64,000 nt of DNA from Vitrella brassicaformis CCMP3155 (taxonomy: Eukaryota; Protista; Chromerida). This document shows positions 24,825-38,134 of this stretch, in pieces. The notes beneath the pieces were generated by a model. It made no database searches. It was not told the origin of the DNA and saw only the letters and a program-made list of their open reading frames with translations. The stretch covers positions 112,044 to 176,043 of the forward strand of contig CDMY01000185.1 in assembly GCA_001179505.1 (NCBI GenBank), given 5' to 3'. Made by a program: the position numbers and the translations under genes. How positions within the stretch are numbered: position 1 is the stretch's first letter; the number at the start of each line of letters is the position of its first letter.

Positions 24825-25799
24825 TTATATACACGTCTTCCCGCACGTGCGGGACACGCAGCACACGGCATCCCTTTTTGGCCGAGGCGACATCAAAGCT
24901 GGAACAAATCGCGGCCTTATGTCTCTCTGCTCAAACACACAAGTAGACCATCGCTTGAATGGCCGCGGCGGGCCGTTTCGTGGGCTTACTTGGCTAATGC
25001 TCGGACGCACAGCCTGAAGGGCCGGCGGCATGATCAGAGAATGTGAGTGCACCACATCGCGTGTGGCAAGACGAGGTGTCGCCAGCTGCTGTTTCGCAGC
25101 TCCTGTCGGCTGCCGACACACCCTGCGGGCGACAAGGAACATGACAATCAGCATTCCTGCCTTCTTATCTTCTCATGCCTACTCCGTTGGCCGCTCCCTC
25201 GGTGGTCGTTGCAGAGCTACGCTCCGCATCTCATCGAGTTTCCTGAGCATTCGAGATGTCTCAGTCTCAAAACACCGACTGAACTCATCGACGATGACCT
25301 GATCCTCTTCTATGGCCCCGGCCGAAGTGGGTGCCGCTGCAGCTGACACCCCCAAAGCCGGTGTGCTCCTGGACACGCTTGTTCTGTCAGCCTGCCTTTC
25401 GATTGCAGATAATCGAGAGTTCACTCTCTTCATCTCATCTGCCAGCTCCTGTATCCTGCCGTGTGCCTGGCGCAGGCTTGCAGTGAGCCTCTCTTCCCTC
25501 TCGGCTGCCTCTCGCCTGAGCGTCTCGAGAAGCCGCTCATAGATGAGAACCTCCGGGCCCTGCTCGGCAGTGGCAGCCACCTCTCTCAAGGCCCGCCGTA
25601 CAATCTCAGCTGACATGTCTTGAGCCAGGTCGTCCGCTTTAGAGCACTCCTCGCCAGGACTCATTGACGCTGCTGCAGGCACTTGCCGAGGCCGAATGTC
25701 ATCGCTGAAGCGGACCCGGTCCGACAGATTTCCGCCCTCTGGTTGATTCCTTCTCTCGTCGTCCCGACCGGCCTCCGAAGATGTCCATGGTCTGTGCAT
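24825..25799 (-). CDS. Hypothetical coiled-coil protein (about 4 exons, start uncertain at 25799 or 25665)
   Basis: IYERLLETLRREAAEREERLTASLRQAHGRIQELADEMKRVNSRLSAIERQ. Downstream exons are joined by phase-consistent GT-AG introns. Confidence 0.55.
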
Positions 25800-25906
25800 G
25801 CCGGTGTTGGCGAAAGGCTCTCGTGGCTTTCGGGGAGAGAAGGGCGGGTGTGTTCCCCCAGCTGGCCCCCAGTCTCTGCCCCCCCCTCCTCCAGTCTCCC
25901 TCCAGA

Positions 25907-26890
25907 TGTTTCTGCCGCACACGCAAGCGAGTGGCAATTCAGGTTACTGGTTGGGGCGATCTGCCTTCACATGCTTCTCCTACAACAAACCGGACGACTA
26001 CTTTGGCCGCTATCAAGACCTCTTTGGCAATCTCCCTCCCGCCACAGCTCCGAAGGTGGATGCACAAGCAAAGGCGTTCACAGGGGCGGATGCTGTGCAG
26101 GGCTCCCCATAATGCTTGATCTATCTGCAGCTGGCCTGTCGGTATTCATCGCTAAGGCCCCGAGATGGAACGAGAACATCCACGCGGTAGATGACGTAGT
26201 AGATAACCAGTGCCTCGGATCAAAACACAGATGTTTGTCTGTCTTACAATGTCAGCCTTGCACCTGTGGCCCGCGACTCTTCGGTGCCAACGCACTCAAG
26301 CCGTCTCGTGAAAGACAAGGATACCACCTCCGGTTCGCTCACCAGACAGCGGGAAAAGCCATCCGAAGGCGGCAGACCAACATCTGATGCGTTCCCATGG
26401 CTGGAAGAGGCAAAGTGGGCACACGATAGGCATGCAACATCGGCGACCTGCATCGGTCATCTTTATGCGTTGATTGGTGCAGCCGCCGTCTCCCTCGCGT
26501 CCACAACACTCGCTACTCCTATAGATTCCAGTGGGGAGGCGAAAAGGTGCCGCCAGAGGAAGAGTGGAGCAACACGCCCCCACCTAAGCTGGGCCCGGAG
26601 GCCGTCGAGCAGATCAGGCAACACGCACAGCTGCCGGTCTATCGGCCACACGTCTCACTGAGACGGTGAGCATACAGCAAGAGAACCATGAATATCGACA
26701 GTCTGCTTGCTTCATTGTCCGTAGGAATGACCCCTATTATGACGCGCGCCGGCCTGTTTCCGTTCAGCCGAAGGAGACAAGGCCGCCTCGAGATAAGCTG
26801 CATCGGCTGATCGTCCAGAATCCCGTCAAGTTGAACGCCGAAGCCAGTGTGGTCGACGTTCCGTACCGAATAGTTGGCCACCATTTCTAG
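25907..26890 (+). CDS. Hypothetical protein (about 5 exons), not visible as a single ORF
   Basis: Phase-consistent splicing gives ...FSYNKPDDYFGRYQDLFGNLPPATAPK|LACRYSS...STR|LAPVARD...FPWLEEAN|RRLPRVHNTRYSYRFQWGGEKVPPEEEW...LR|RNDPYYDARR...IVGHHF*. Confidence 0.6.
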
Positions 26891-27108
26891 CGATGGGGAA
26901 CAGCTTGAAGCTGTGCATAGTGTGATGTCTCGTGAATTGAGTTTCCCCTTCCGTGGTGTGTATGCATCGACTTTATGGATGATCGCAAGACCGATTTTGC
27001 TGACATCTGGGTGTTGTGTGCATGCTTCTTCTCCTCGTTCGTCCATTCAGCACGGACAAAAGAAGGCTGTCAACATGCATCCGCGTCTCATAGTGCTTTC
27101 TGGCCGCA

Positions 27109-28315
27109 TCACCACCATTTGGCCCCCGCAAACAGCTGGCCGACGTGCTCGCCGACCTTCCGCCAGCTGCTCGTGTGCTCGTGTGCCTTGGCAAGCTGCT
27201 CCTTGCTCTCGTGATATACCTGCGAGATGCCCCCAGAAGTCTTCTCGTAGAGGTCCATAGCCTCATCGGTCAGCTTGTGCGTGAGCTCCTTGGCGTTGTT
27301 GTAGAGGTCGTTCGCCATCTCCTCGGTCTTCTCCCAGTGGCCCTTGACCTCTGCCACGACATCCTCTGCCGTTGTTTTGGTCCCGGCCACTACCTTCTCC
27401 ACTGCGGTCATGATCTCCTCCTGCGCTTCTTCCTGGACTTTCTTGGCGGCTTCGTAGTGCTCTTGTGCATCTAGCGAGACACAAGCAGGTAGACAGAAGG
27501 TGCACCGGCAGGTCTGCGCTCTTTGCACTGCCCGGTCTACCTACCGAGCAAAGAAGCCAGACCCTCTTCCAGCATCTGGTTGGCGTTCCTGGACAGCAGT
27601 TCAGCTGTTTCCGCATTGGCAGCCTCGGCTTCACGCCGCGCCTCTTTGAAGAACATGATCGTCTTCGCCAGGAGCGCTGAGACCTCCGCGTAGGCCGCCG
27701 CGGCCTGTGGAAAAGCGCTGCTGTGGGTGTGCATGCCCTTCTGCGTTCGTGCGGGTCTTGCTCACCTTGAGTTTTGCCTCGTCGAAGAGCTCATCTTCAA
27801 CCTCGGCACGGCCCTGGAGTTCCGTGACCGCAGCTGCGGCCGACTTGCCAATCGCAGGGCGCTCCTGTACAGTGATGGGACCTCCGTACAGGGTCTTGAA
27901 ATGGGCTGAGACACAAGGAACCGATGGAGCATTTGTGTGTCAAGGGAGAAGATCCGACGTGGTTTGCTGCGTACCTGGAAAGTAGACATCATCGGAGAAT
28001 CCGTGCTCCTTGAAGGCTGTGTAGACGTTGCGGACGTACTGTGTGGCTGCTTTGAAAAAGTCCTCGTACTCCTCTCTGGTGCGTCCGTCTTTCGGGTCGC
28101 CTGAAGTCAGTATATAACAGCAAAATCATTCCTTTCTTCATCGTGGTGCCGCGCCGTACACACGCAAAAGCATAGGGGTGTTTGTCTCGACATGTTGATC
28201 ACCGACCGAATGTGGCAGTGAGATCCAGATGCTCTTGGCCACACACACACATAGAGAGAAGAGAGAGAGAGGGAGAGAGGGAGAGGGAGAGAGAGAGTGA
28301 TGGACAGCCCGTCGC

Positions 28316-28347
<32 letters not shown>

Positions 28348-29309
28348 CTTTCCTTGACATTCGCCACTCACTGGACATGGCTTCCATAATTCGAATGGAG
28401 TGGTATTCCGGCAGGTTGGCGTATCTGCTGGCCGGCGTCTCTGTCGGGGCACGGCTGACCGGCCCCTCGACAAGTTTCTTGAGAACGTCCACCTCAAAGT
28501 CCAGAAGGAGAGCAGTGAAGTGCAACGCGCTCGTCACAGTGGTGCTGTCGCTCGGCTTGCCTGCACGTTTGTTTCGGTAATCCAATGAAGCAGGCAGGCA
28601 GTCAGTCCGGTGGGTGGAGAGACTCTCTAATGCGATGTGTCCGTGTGTCTTTCTGTGTCTGTACCATTCCTCCAAGGCTCGTGAAAATAGTCGACAATGG
28701 GCCATCTCTCATCATCCGCCTCATCCCCGCATGTCTCCTTGGGCATCTCAGCGCACCGCTGCAGATCCACCTCAATGACGTCGCCAATGGTTATCGTCTT
28801 CCCCTTGAGAAAAAGTATGCGGCCCAGCTTCTCCTCGATGTGCTGATGGAACGCCTTCAGGTCCGCGACTGGGTCTCTGGACTTCTTGACAAATTGAGCC
28901 ATGACCATCCTGTGCAACGGGGTTTCCTCTTCGGGCTGAGTGAGACACGTGCAGAAACACATCCATTGCAGTGCACACACGATCGGGATAGACACGCATA
29001 TATGCGTACCTTCTCCAGGCACATCCACATTTGCATGATGCCGGAGAGCGCTCCCAACACTGTGTACGCCGGCATCTCGCCCCCCTCACCACCGCGTGAC
29101 ATCGCCGCCCCCAGATGGAATGAAGCCACCCGCTGGAGCACAGGCATATCGAGCCCCGTGCCTCCTACCTTCTCATACACGCACGGCCCGCCCTTCTTCG
29201 AGACTGTGCGGAATGCCGTGACGGTCGGGTTGAGAAGAGAGGAGCTGTTGACGGGCCACAAGAGTGCTGCAAGGACAGCGAGAATGATGAACCGCTCTGC
29301 AGTGGTCAT
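27109..29309 (-). CDS. Secreted hypothetical protein with C-terminal amphipathic helical (LEA/apolipoprotein-like) region (8 exons)
   Basis: Signal peptide MTTAERFIILAVLAALLWPVNS. Seven phase-consistent introns. Tail EHYEAAKKVQEEAQEEIMTAVEKVVAGTKTTAEDVVAEVKGHWEKTEEMANDLYNNAKELTHKLTDEAMDLYEK. Confidence 0.75.
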
Positions 29310-29539
29310 TGTGTCAGCTGGTGCTCGCGGGCGGATCAAACCACTCGAGTCCTCCAGAAACAGCTGCACAAAGGTCTTCTCGCCACGGCAAGGAAGCCGA
29401 GACTCCAGGGCCCCCAGTGTGCATTCCAGTGCATTTACGAGCTAGATTGGAGAGCATAATGAGCTCTCATTCTCGTATATATATATTGTTTGATGAGAGT
29501 TACAGGCCGACAAGCGCCTCCGCGACGAGATCTCGGCCC

Positions 29540-30908
29540 ATGACCGGCACCGAGCTGTACAAAACGGGGGACTTTGCTGAGGCGCACAAGGCCTTCACGC
29601 GCACACTCAAGAGCACGAAGGATGCACCCATCAGGGCCGCCCAGCTCTGCAGTACGCGTCCACGGGAACAATACGACCGTATTCATGTGTGTTATTCATG
29701 TGTATGTGTTTGTTGGTATGTGTATGGTACCATGGAATTGCAGACAGAGGGGCGTGTTCGATGCATATGGGGTATCTGTCGGCGGCTCTGGAGGACCTCA
29801 GCTCGTCCCTGCAGATCAACCTCAAGCAGGAAAAGGCGTGGGCACGGATGGCAGCTGTGCTGATACGGCAGAAGAGATACGAAGATGCCATCAGCGCACT
29901 CGAGGACGGCCTCAAAGTGTGAGTGGCAGCTGATGCGTGTGCTTGCATGAGCCGCCTCCTCATTGCTGTGTGTTGTCTTTGTGTGCAGGTTGCCCGGAAA
30001 CAAGCAGTTGCAGGACATCCTCCTGACAGCCCGCGAGTTCCGCTTCCGTGCCCGGCATCCCCTGTACAACCCACTCAGCGTGGCCATCGACAGCCTGGCG
30101 CCCTCACCAGTGACACGCAAGAAGGTCGCCGATGCGTTCGACCGCTTCGTGGCGCTCGAGCAGCGGTACTTCAAGGGCCTGTCGGCGGCCGACCGGCAGG
30201 GGCTGTGTGAGGGGGACGACGAGCCGCTCTCGAAGATCACGGAGGAGATGAGCATAGCGGGCGAGGTGCTGTTGCTGCTTCTCGGGCTCAAACCGTGTGT
30301 ACTCATCGCCCATCCGTAGGCCGAAGAAGGGCAGAGGGAGAGGCACGTCTGTCTGGAGCAATCATCTGATGGGTTCTCTAGGTGGCCCAAGTACGCGAGT
30401 AGTATTGTAGGTTTGGCGGTGCGCCCCTTTGTGGCGGCGACCAAAGACATCGATGGCGTCGTGATGGAGCTGCGCGAGATCACTCACGAGATGCGCACCA
30501 CCTCCTTCACCACCACCGGCGGCGAGCACAAGGGATTCAAGGTATGAACACGCCCACGGCTCCTCTCCCTGCCTCCCTGCCTCCCTGCCTTCAGCTGGGG
30601 CGTCATTGTGTCTGTGTCACGCGTGTCTGCCACGTGCAGGGCGGGTGGGTGTTGGCGAACCGCATGGACGACCGCTACGGCCACGTGCGGCGCACCTTCT
30701 ACGAGGCCAAGCAGGGATACCTGGTCCTCGAGGACGCCGTGGCGCTCGCACTGGGGTACCCAGGCACTTTGGAGGAGAGCGATCGTGAGCGGCACACATT
30801 CGATGTGTCGTACAAGGGCCGGCGGGTCGGCAGCAGGGCCCCGCAGAAACCCGTGAGTCAGTCAGCGAGTGGCTCATTCAGGATGGATGGATGGCCGAGG
30901 GATCCGTC

Positions 30909-30944
<36 letters not shown>

Positions 30945-31071
30945 TTTGGAGTACTCGTGCCATGGTAGCGACTTGCCCGTGTGCAAATGGCACCTCTCTG
31001 TGTGTCGAAGGGCGTGCGAGGGCATCACCGAGCTGCAGGCCTACTTCAACCACAGCTGCAGCACAGATTAG
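29540..31071 (+). CDS. TPR-repeat protein with C-terminal domain of unknown function (6 exons, alternative ATG at 29459)
   Basis: GTELYKTGDFAEAHKAFT...NRGACSMHMGYLSAALEDL...KAWARMAAVL..RYEDAI is a 3-TPR clamp pattern. It is followed by EVLLLLLGLKPCVLIAH...GGWVLAN...ALALGYPG. Confidence 0.8.
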
Positions 31072-31503
31072 CGCAGATGCTATAGCACAGATGACAGCAC
31101 TGGAGGAGAGGGAGGGAAGGAGGGGGATCCTGTGTCTGAGCCCGCAGTTGTTGATATACATGTGCTGCGCGGCATAGCTAGTGCTGGCTGGTCCCTGAGT
31201 GGATGGGCAGACGGGGGCCAGCGAACTAGGCATTGATTGTGCATCTCGGTGTGTGTGAAGTATTGACTAACCACATGGTGGCACGGTGGCTAGATGACAA
31301 GTGAATGTTGAATGGTGTGCGGTTCGGTGCGTGCACCGAATTTCGGCTTTGTGCTCATCACACACGACAGTTGACGGTCAAACACGCAGCCACGCGAAAA
31401 AATGTCTCACAGTCGACGTCACACACGTACACATGTCCGTCCGCATAAACAACCACAACCAGGTCTGTAGGTAGGTCCTCGTCCATCGTCCATCCATCCA
31501 CCA

Positions 31504-33928
<2,425 letters not shown>

Positions 33929-34144
33929 CTTCGCCAAACGTCGCTACCGCTTGCACGCGAATTGGCAACGCAACGTAGGCTGCCTAGCTGAGAATAAGCA
34001 CGGGGAAAAGGAAACTCCCTCCTTCTGACAATTCAAGCTCGCAGGCGAGTGCCAGCTAGGACGAAATTATGTGTTGTCCAAACACAACGGCAACACGCCT
34101 CGCCACGCTGTTCATTTCGGTTGTAGCGCAAGAAGCACGAACGA
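33929..34144. promoter_or_regulatory. Divergent promoter between DDX41 and the cupin gene
   Basis: 216 bp between head-to-head ATGs. AGCTCGCA at 34036. Confidence 0.5.
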
Positions 34145-35262
34145 ATGGGAGGCGAGTCTGCTGTTCAGCCGCCGCCGCAGCAGCAGCAGGAGCAGCACTT
34201 CGAGAATAAGATGGCCAGTGACACAGGCCTTCCACCGTCCGGTGTCGATGCCATCACTGAAGACGGCCTGCCGCCGTTCGTTGAGGTGAGCGGTTTGTGC
34301 CTGGCAAAACCGACGAGTGTCGTACATATTTTGTGCTGTTTGTTGCAGGTGTATGACGAGCCTCGACACACAACGGTAGGGTAGGAGAGGCGGCAGAATT
34401 GACGTACGCCTGTCTGTCGTGTGTTGTTTGTTTGTTTGTTCCCCTGGCAGTGTGTCAAGAACGACTACTGCATTGCGATGAAGGTGCGCTTCCCCTGCGG
34501 CGATACCACCTGGTACCACCGTCACAAGGAGGTGAGAGAGAGGATCACACAGACAGACAGGCAGACAGACAGACAGACAGACAGACAGGAGGCCAGGCCA
34601 GCCTCGTATGTGTGTGTGTGTGTGTATGTGTGTGTGCATTGTGTGGCAGGACACTGTGTTTGTGTTTATGGGCAACATGGAGATCCACAACTGTATGTGC
34701 CTCAAGAGTGAGTTCAACGACTCCTTCAAGCTCGGCGAGGTGCGCTACGCCGCCCTCAAGGACCGCCCCTACGTCCACAAGGCCACGGCCCTCAAGTCAG
34801 ACACGCCCAACAAAGGCATGTTCGCCATCGATGCAGGTAGGTATGGCCGGACCACTCCACCAGTCCCTATGTCACTCCGAATAAATCAATGTGATGTGGT
34901 CGACAGAGCACACCGGGTCGCCGCCCACCGTCAGTTCCTCGCCGCTCGCTGACGCTTCCCACAGCCTGGTGCTGGACCAGGAGAAGGTCCGCGCGTATCG
35001 CCTGATGCTGCCAGCCGCGTGCACGGTGCGCTTCAGTTACCCATTCTACGGCCTTTGGGTGGTTGTGAGGGGCGGCAAGGCCACCATCACTGAGGAGATT
35101 GCTGAGGGCACGGTGGGCCGTGGCCAGACGAAGGAGGAGCCCCCGCGCGGCGAGTCGCACGTGTACCAGCTGGGTGATCTCTGGTGGGGCTGCCCTGCGA
35201 GCATCACTTACGTCAACGAGGGCACCGAAGAAATGGAGATCGTCATCTGTGAGTGGAAGTAG
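34145..35262 (+). CDS. Bicupin (RmlC-like) protein (5 exons)
   Basis: DEPRHTT|CVKNDYCIAMKVRFPCGDTTWYHRHKE|DTVFVF is a cupin motif 1 with HxH. A second barrel begins LVLDQEKVRAYRLMLP. Confidence 0.7.
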
Positions 35263-35671
35263 CCTTGTGCAGACAGACCCACACACGAGGAGGAAGCCTG
35301 CTCCACAGGATGTCCTTTGTGTTGTGCCGATGGAGGATGGCTTACAAGGCGGGCGAATTGTCTGCAGCTTGTCAGGAGGGGTGTGGAAAAGGGCTAATGC
35401 ATGAATGGCATAAGTGCATGGTGGGTGTGCGTGGTGAGTGCGGACATCACATCCGTCGTGAGTGGTGTTGATGGCCTGTGTGTCTTGTATGGAAGAACTG
35501 TTTGGACTCAATAAACGCTCAATCACTGAGTATGATTCGTGGCTGTCAGGCAGACGTGACGAAAGATGCGATGCATATGCGCGCGTGTCAACAAATGTCG
35601 TGACAATCGCAGTCCACTGGAGGGAACTTGACAGTTCCTTGTCAGATCAACGCAATCAGTCAGTCAGTCAC

Positions 35672-37636
35672 TCAGTCTCTGTCCCTGCGCCTCTCTCTGT
35701 CTCTGTACGCACCACCTCGGTCTCGGTCTCGACCGCCGATCCGCTCCCTGCTGCCATCCCGCTTCCGCCTCCTGAAGCCGTCCCTCTCTCGCCTGTCCCT
35801 CTCCGTCTCCCTGTCCCTCCCCCTGTCGAATGCACGGCGGTCGTCTCTCCTGTCGCCCCTCTCCCTGTCCCTCTCCCTCTCCCTGTCGTTGTAGCGCCCG
35901 CTGTCCCTCTCCCTGTTCCTTTCATCGTCATCAGACCCCCCACCCCTCTCCCTCCTGTCATCATAATCACGTTCCCGCCTCCTGTCGTCCCTGACGGAAG
36001 ACGCCAAACCAACATGGGCATGGGCGGGAGGGAGGGAGGGTTGTCTGTGCGTGTCGTGTGTATGGGTGCCTGTCTGCCTGTCTGCCTGTCTGTCTTACCG
36101 GTGGTTTCTGTCACGGTCTCTCTCCCTGTCTATGTCGTCGACTCGCCGTCGCTTTGACCTGTCGTCATCCTCATCATACCTGCGGGAGCCGGAATCACAT
36201 GCACATGGAGTGTTGGAGGGATGGGTGAGAGTGCATCAGTTGGTTTGGGTCACCTGTCGTCGCGTGGGCGCCTGTCTCGTCGCCTGTCATCGTCTCTCTC
36301 GTCGCCTCGCCTGGCGTCTTCATCGTCATCGTCGATTCGCTGCCTCAATGCGGGCTTGGTGGTCCCCTTCCTCTCGCGCCATGCTGGCGATGCGCCTCTG
36401 CCCTGGTCCTGGTGGTGGTCTTCTCTCTCCCCCTCCTCCGCCTCTTCCTGCTTGATGCGTCGGTTGGCCTTCCTGTCGTCCTTGTCTTTCTTGTCCCTCT
36501 TATCCTTCTTGTCTTTGGGCTCCTTCTTGACCTTATCCTTCTTGTCCTTCTTCTCCTTCTTCTCCTTCTTGAGCTTCTTCTTGAGCTGCCGGTCGGTGAG
36601 TGCCGAGAGGCCCTCATCCATGTCGTCATCCTGGTGCAGCTGCTTCTCAAACTGCATCGCCCACTGAGGAACGGAAAGGAGAGAGAGGGAAGTGCGTGTG
36701 CGTCCGTATGTGCGTATGGTGTGTGGATGGCTACCAGTTCGTCTTCATCTTTGAAGGGCGTTGGTGCTGGCTCCTTGGCCGCTGCCTCAGCCTTGGCCGC
36801 TGCCTGATCCTGCAGGATCTTCTCGATCTCCGTCACGCCATACTGACCGATACCCTTGCCTGCATACAAACAAACAAGACGACAGACAGACAGACAGGCA
36901 GACAGCATGGATGTGTGGGTGGGCAGCTTGGTATCCTGTGTGAGTGGCTGACCTTCGGCGCCCGACGCCTCGTACTTGAGCCGTTTTGGGTTGCCCTCCT
37001 CGTCCAAGTCGTTCTCGTCATACTTATCAGGGGCACGATAGCTGGACACATGGTCGACGCGAAGCTTCCTGCACGCCACACACAGAGAGCATCAAACCAA
37101 GGCCCCACTTGACAGCTGGGAGAGCGTCTGCGCGTGACCTGTGCAACAGCTCCATGCCATTGCCGTTGTCGACCGCCAGCACAGTGCTCCGCTGGTCCTC
37201 GTAGGCCAGGAAGGCGAACCCCTTGCTCTTGCCCGTCTTCTTGTCGCGCACAAGGTTGATGTCTATCGGCTGACACACACACAGACAGATGGACAGACAG
37301 ACAGGCCATTATGAGACAACACATGTGTTCGCATGACTGGCAAAGCTTGTGAGTGGTCAGTTCAGTCAGTCGGTCGCTCACCTCTCCCCACTGCGAGAAG
37401 ACCATGACAACGTCGCCCTCAGTAAGACCATAGTCCAACCCGCCTATGAAGACATACGAGCTGTTTTTGTACTGCACACACACGCACAGAGCGGATGCAG
37501 AGGGGGAGAGATAGCGCGGATCTTGGGTCCGTCCGCCCACCTTGTGATGCCACGAAGCTTCTCCCTCGAGGCCGAAGCTCAGCTCCTGTTCATTGAGTTT
37601 CTTGAGCGCGTTTATGTTATACATTGGACCACTCAT
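35672..37636 (-). CDS. RBMX2: RES-complex RRM protein RBMX2/Snu17/Ist3 with K/D/R-rich tail
   Basis: [13 protein letters not shown]...SWHHK|[21 protein letters not shown]...GE|[38 protein letters not shown]...LRVDHV, then an RD-dipeptide C-terminus. Confidence 0.95.
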
Positions 37637-37846
37637 CTTTGCCAGCTCCTGGAGGCAGATAGAGCGGTTTCACTTCGAGGTTGGTTGGTTGGTTAAGGGT
37701 TTGACGAGACACCTGTCCCTAAGCCCGGCGCTACCTTCCGGCGCAACCAGGCATCTTCTCTGTCCACAGCACACACCAAACAGGCAACAGGCACATGCAG
37801 AATGCATGCACAAGGCCTATCTGCCCTTCCCATGGAGCAGTGGGTG

Positions 37847-38107
37847 CTAGTCTGACAAGTCAGCGTCAAGCACCCACTGCTCCATCTCATGCAACTCATA
37901 TATGAAGTCATACTCACCATCAAACTGACTGGGTGGGAGAGATGGATTGAGTGCAAGCCAGCGAGCCCGCTCCTTGTGTGCAGCTAGGAGGAAGTCTGCA
38001 ACTGCTGAAAGGAGCGGTAGCTTATCTGACTGCAGCAGAGAGGTAGTGAAAACTATAGGGTGCGCCTTGAGGGCAAGATCAGCTGCGAGCTGAAATCGGC
38101 GATCCAT
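37847..38107 (-). CDS. Short ORF upstream of RBMX2 (small gene, uORF or N-terminal extension exon)
   Basis: MDRRFQLAADLALKAHPIVFTTSLLQSDKLPLLSAVADFLLAAHKERARWL... with an internal G|gtgagt donor and further splice signals leading toward the RBMX2 ATG. Confidence 0.35.
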   Translation of the reverse strand: MDRRFQLAADLALKAHPIVFTTSLLQSDKLPLLSAVADFLLAAHKERARWLALNPSLPPSQFDGEYDFIYELHEMEQWVLDADLSD

Positions 38108-38134
38108 TGCGAGCTCGGCGCATGCACCCGGAAA

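Noticed and set aside
25990-26060. Minus-strand WREEIAK echoing the WREEIEK of paralogs A and B (also WREED in GT47)
   Set aside because: The match is five residues or fewer, with no flanking similarity. At 26 kb it is antisense to a supported exon, so chance is sufficient.
26639-27046. 135-aa minus-strand ORF
   Set aside because: It is antisense to the last exon of a phase-consistent plus-strand gene.
35672-36560. Purine/pyrimidine periodic repeats resembling a satellite
   Set aside because: They encode the K/D/R-rich and RD-dipeptide tail of RBMX2, ordinary for splicing factors.
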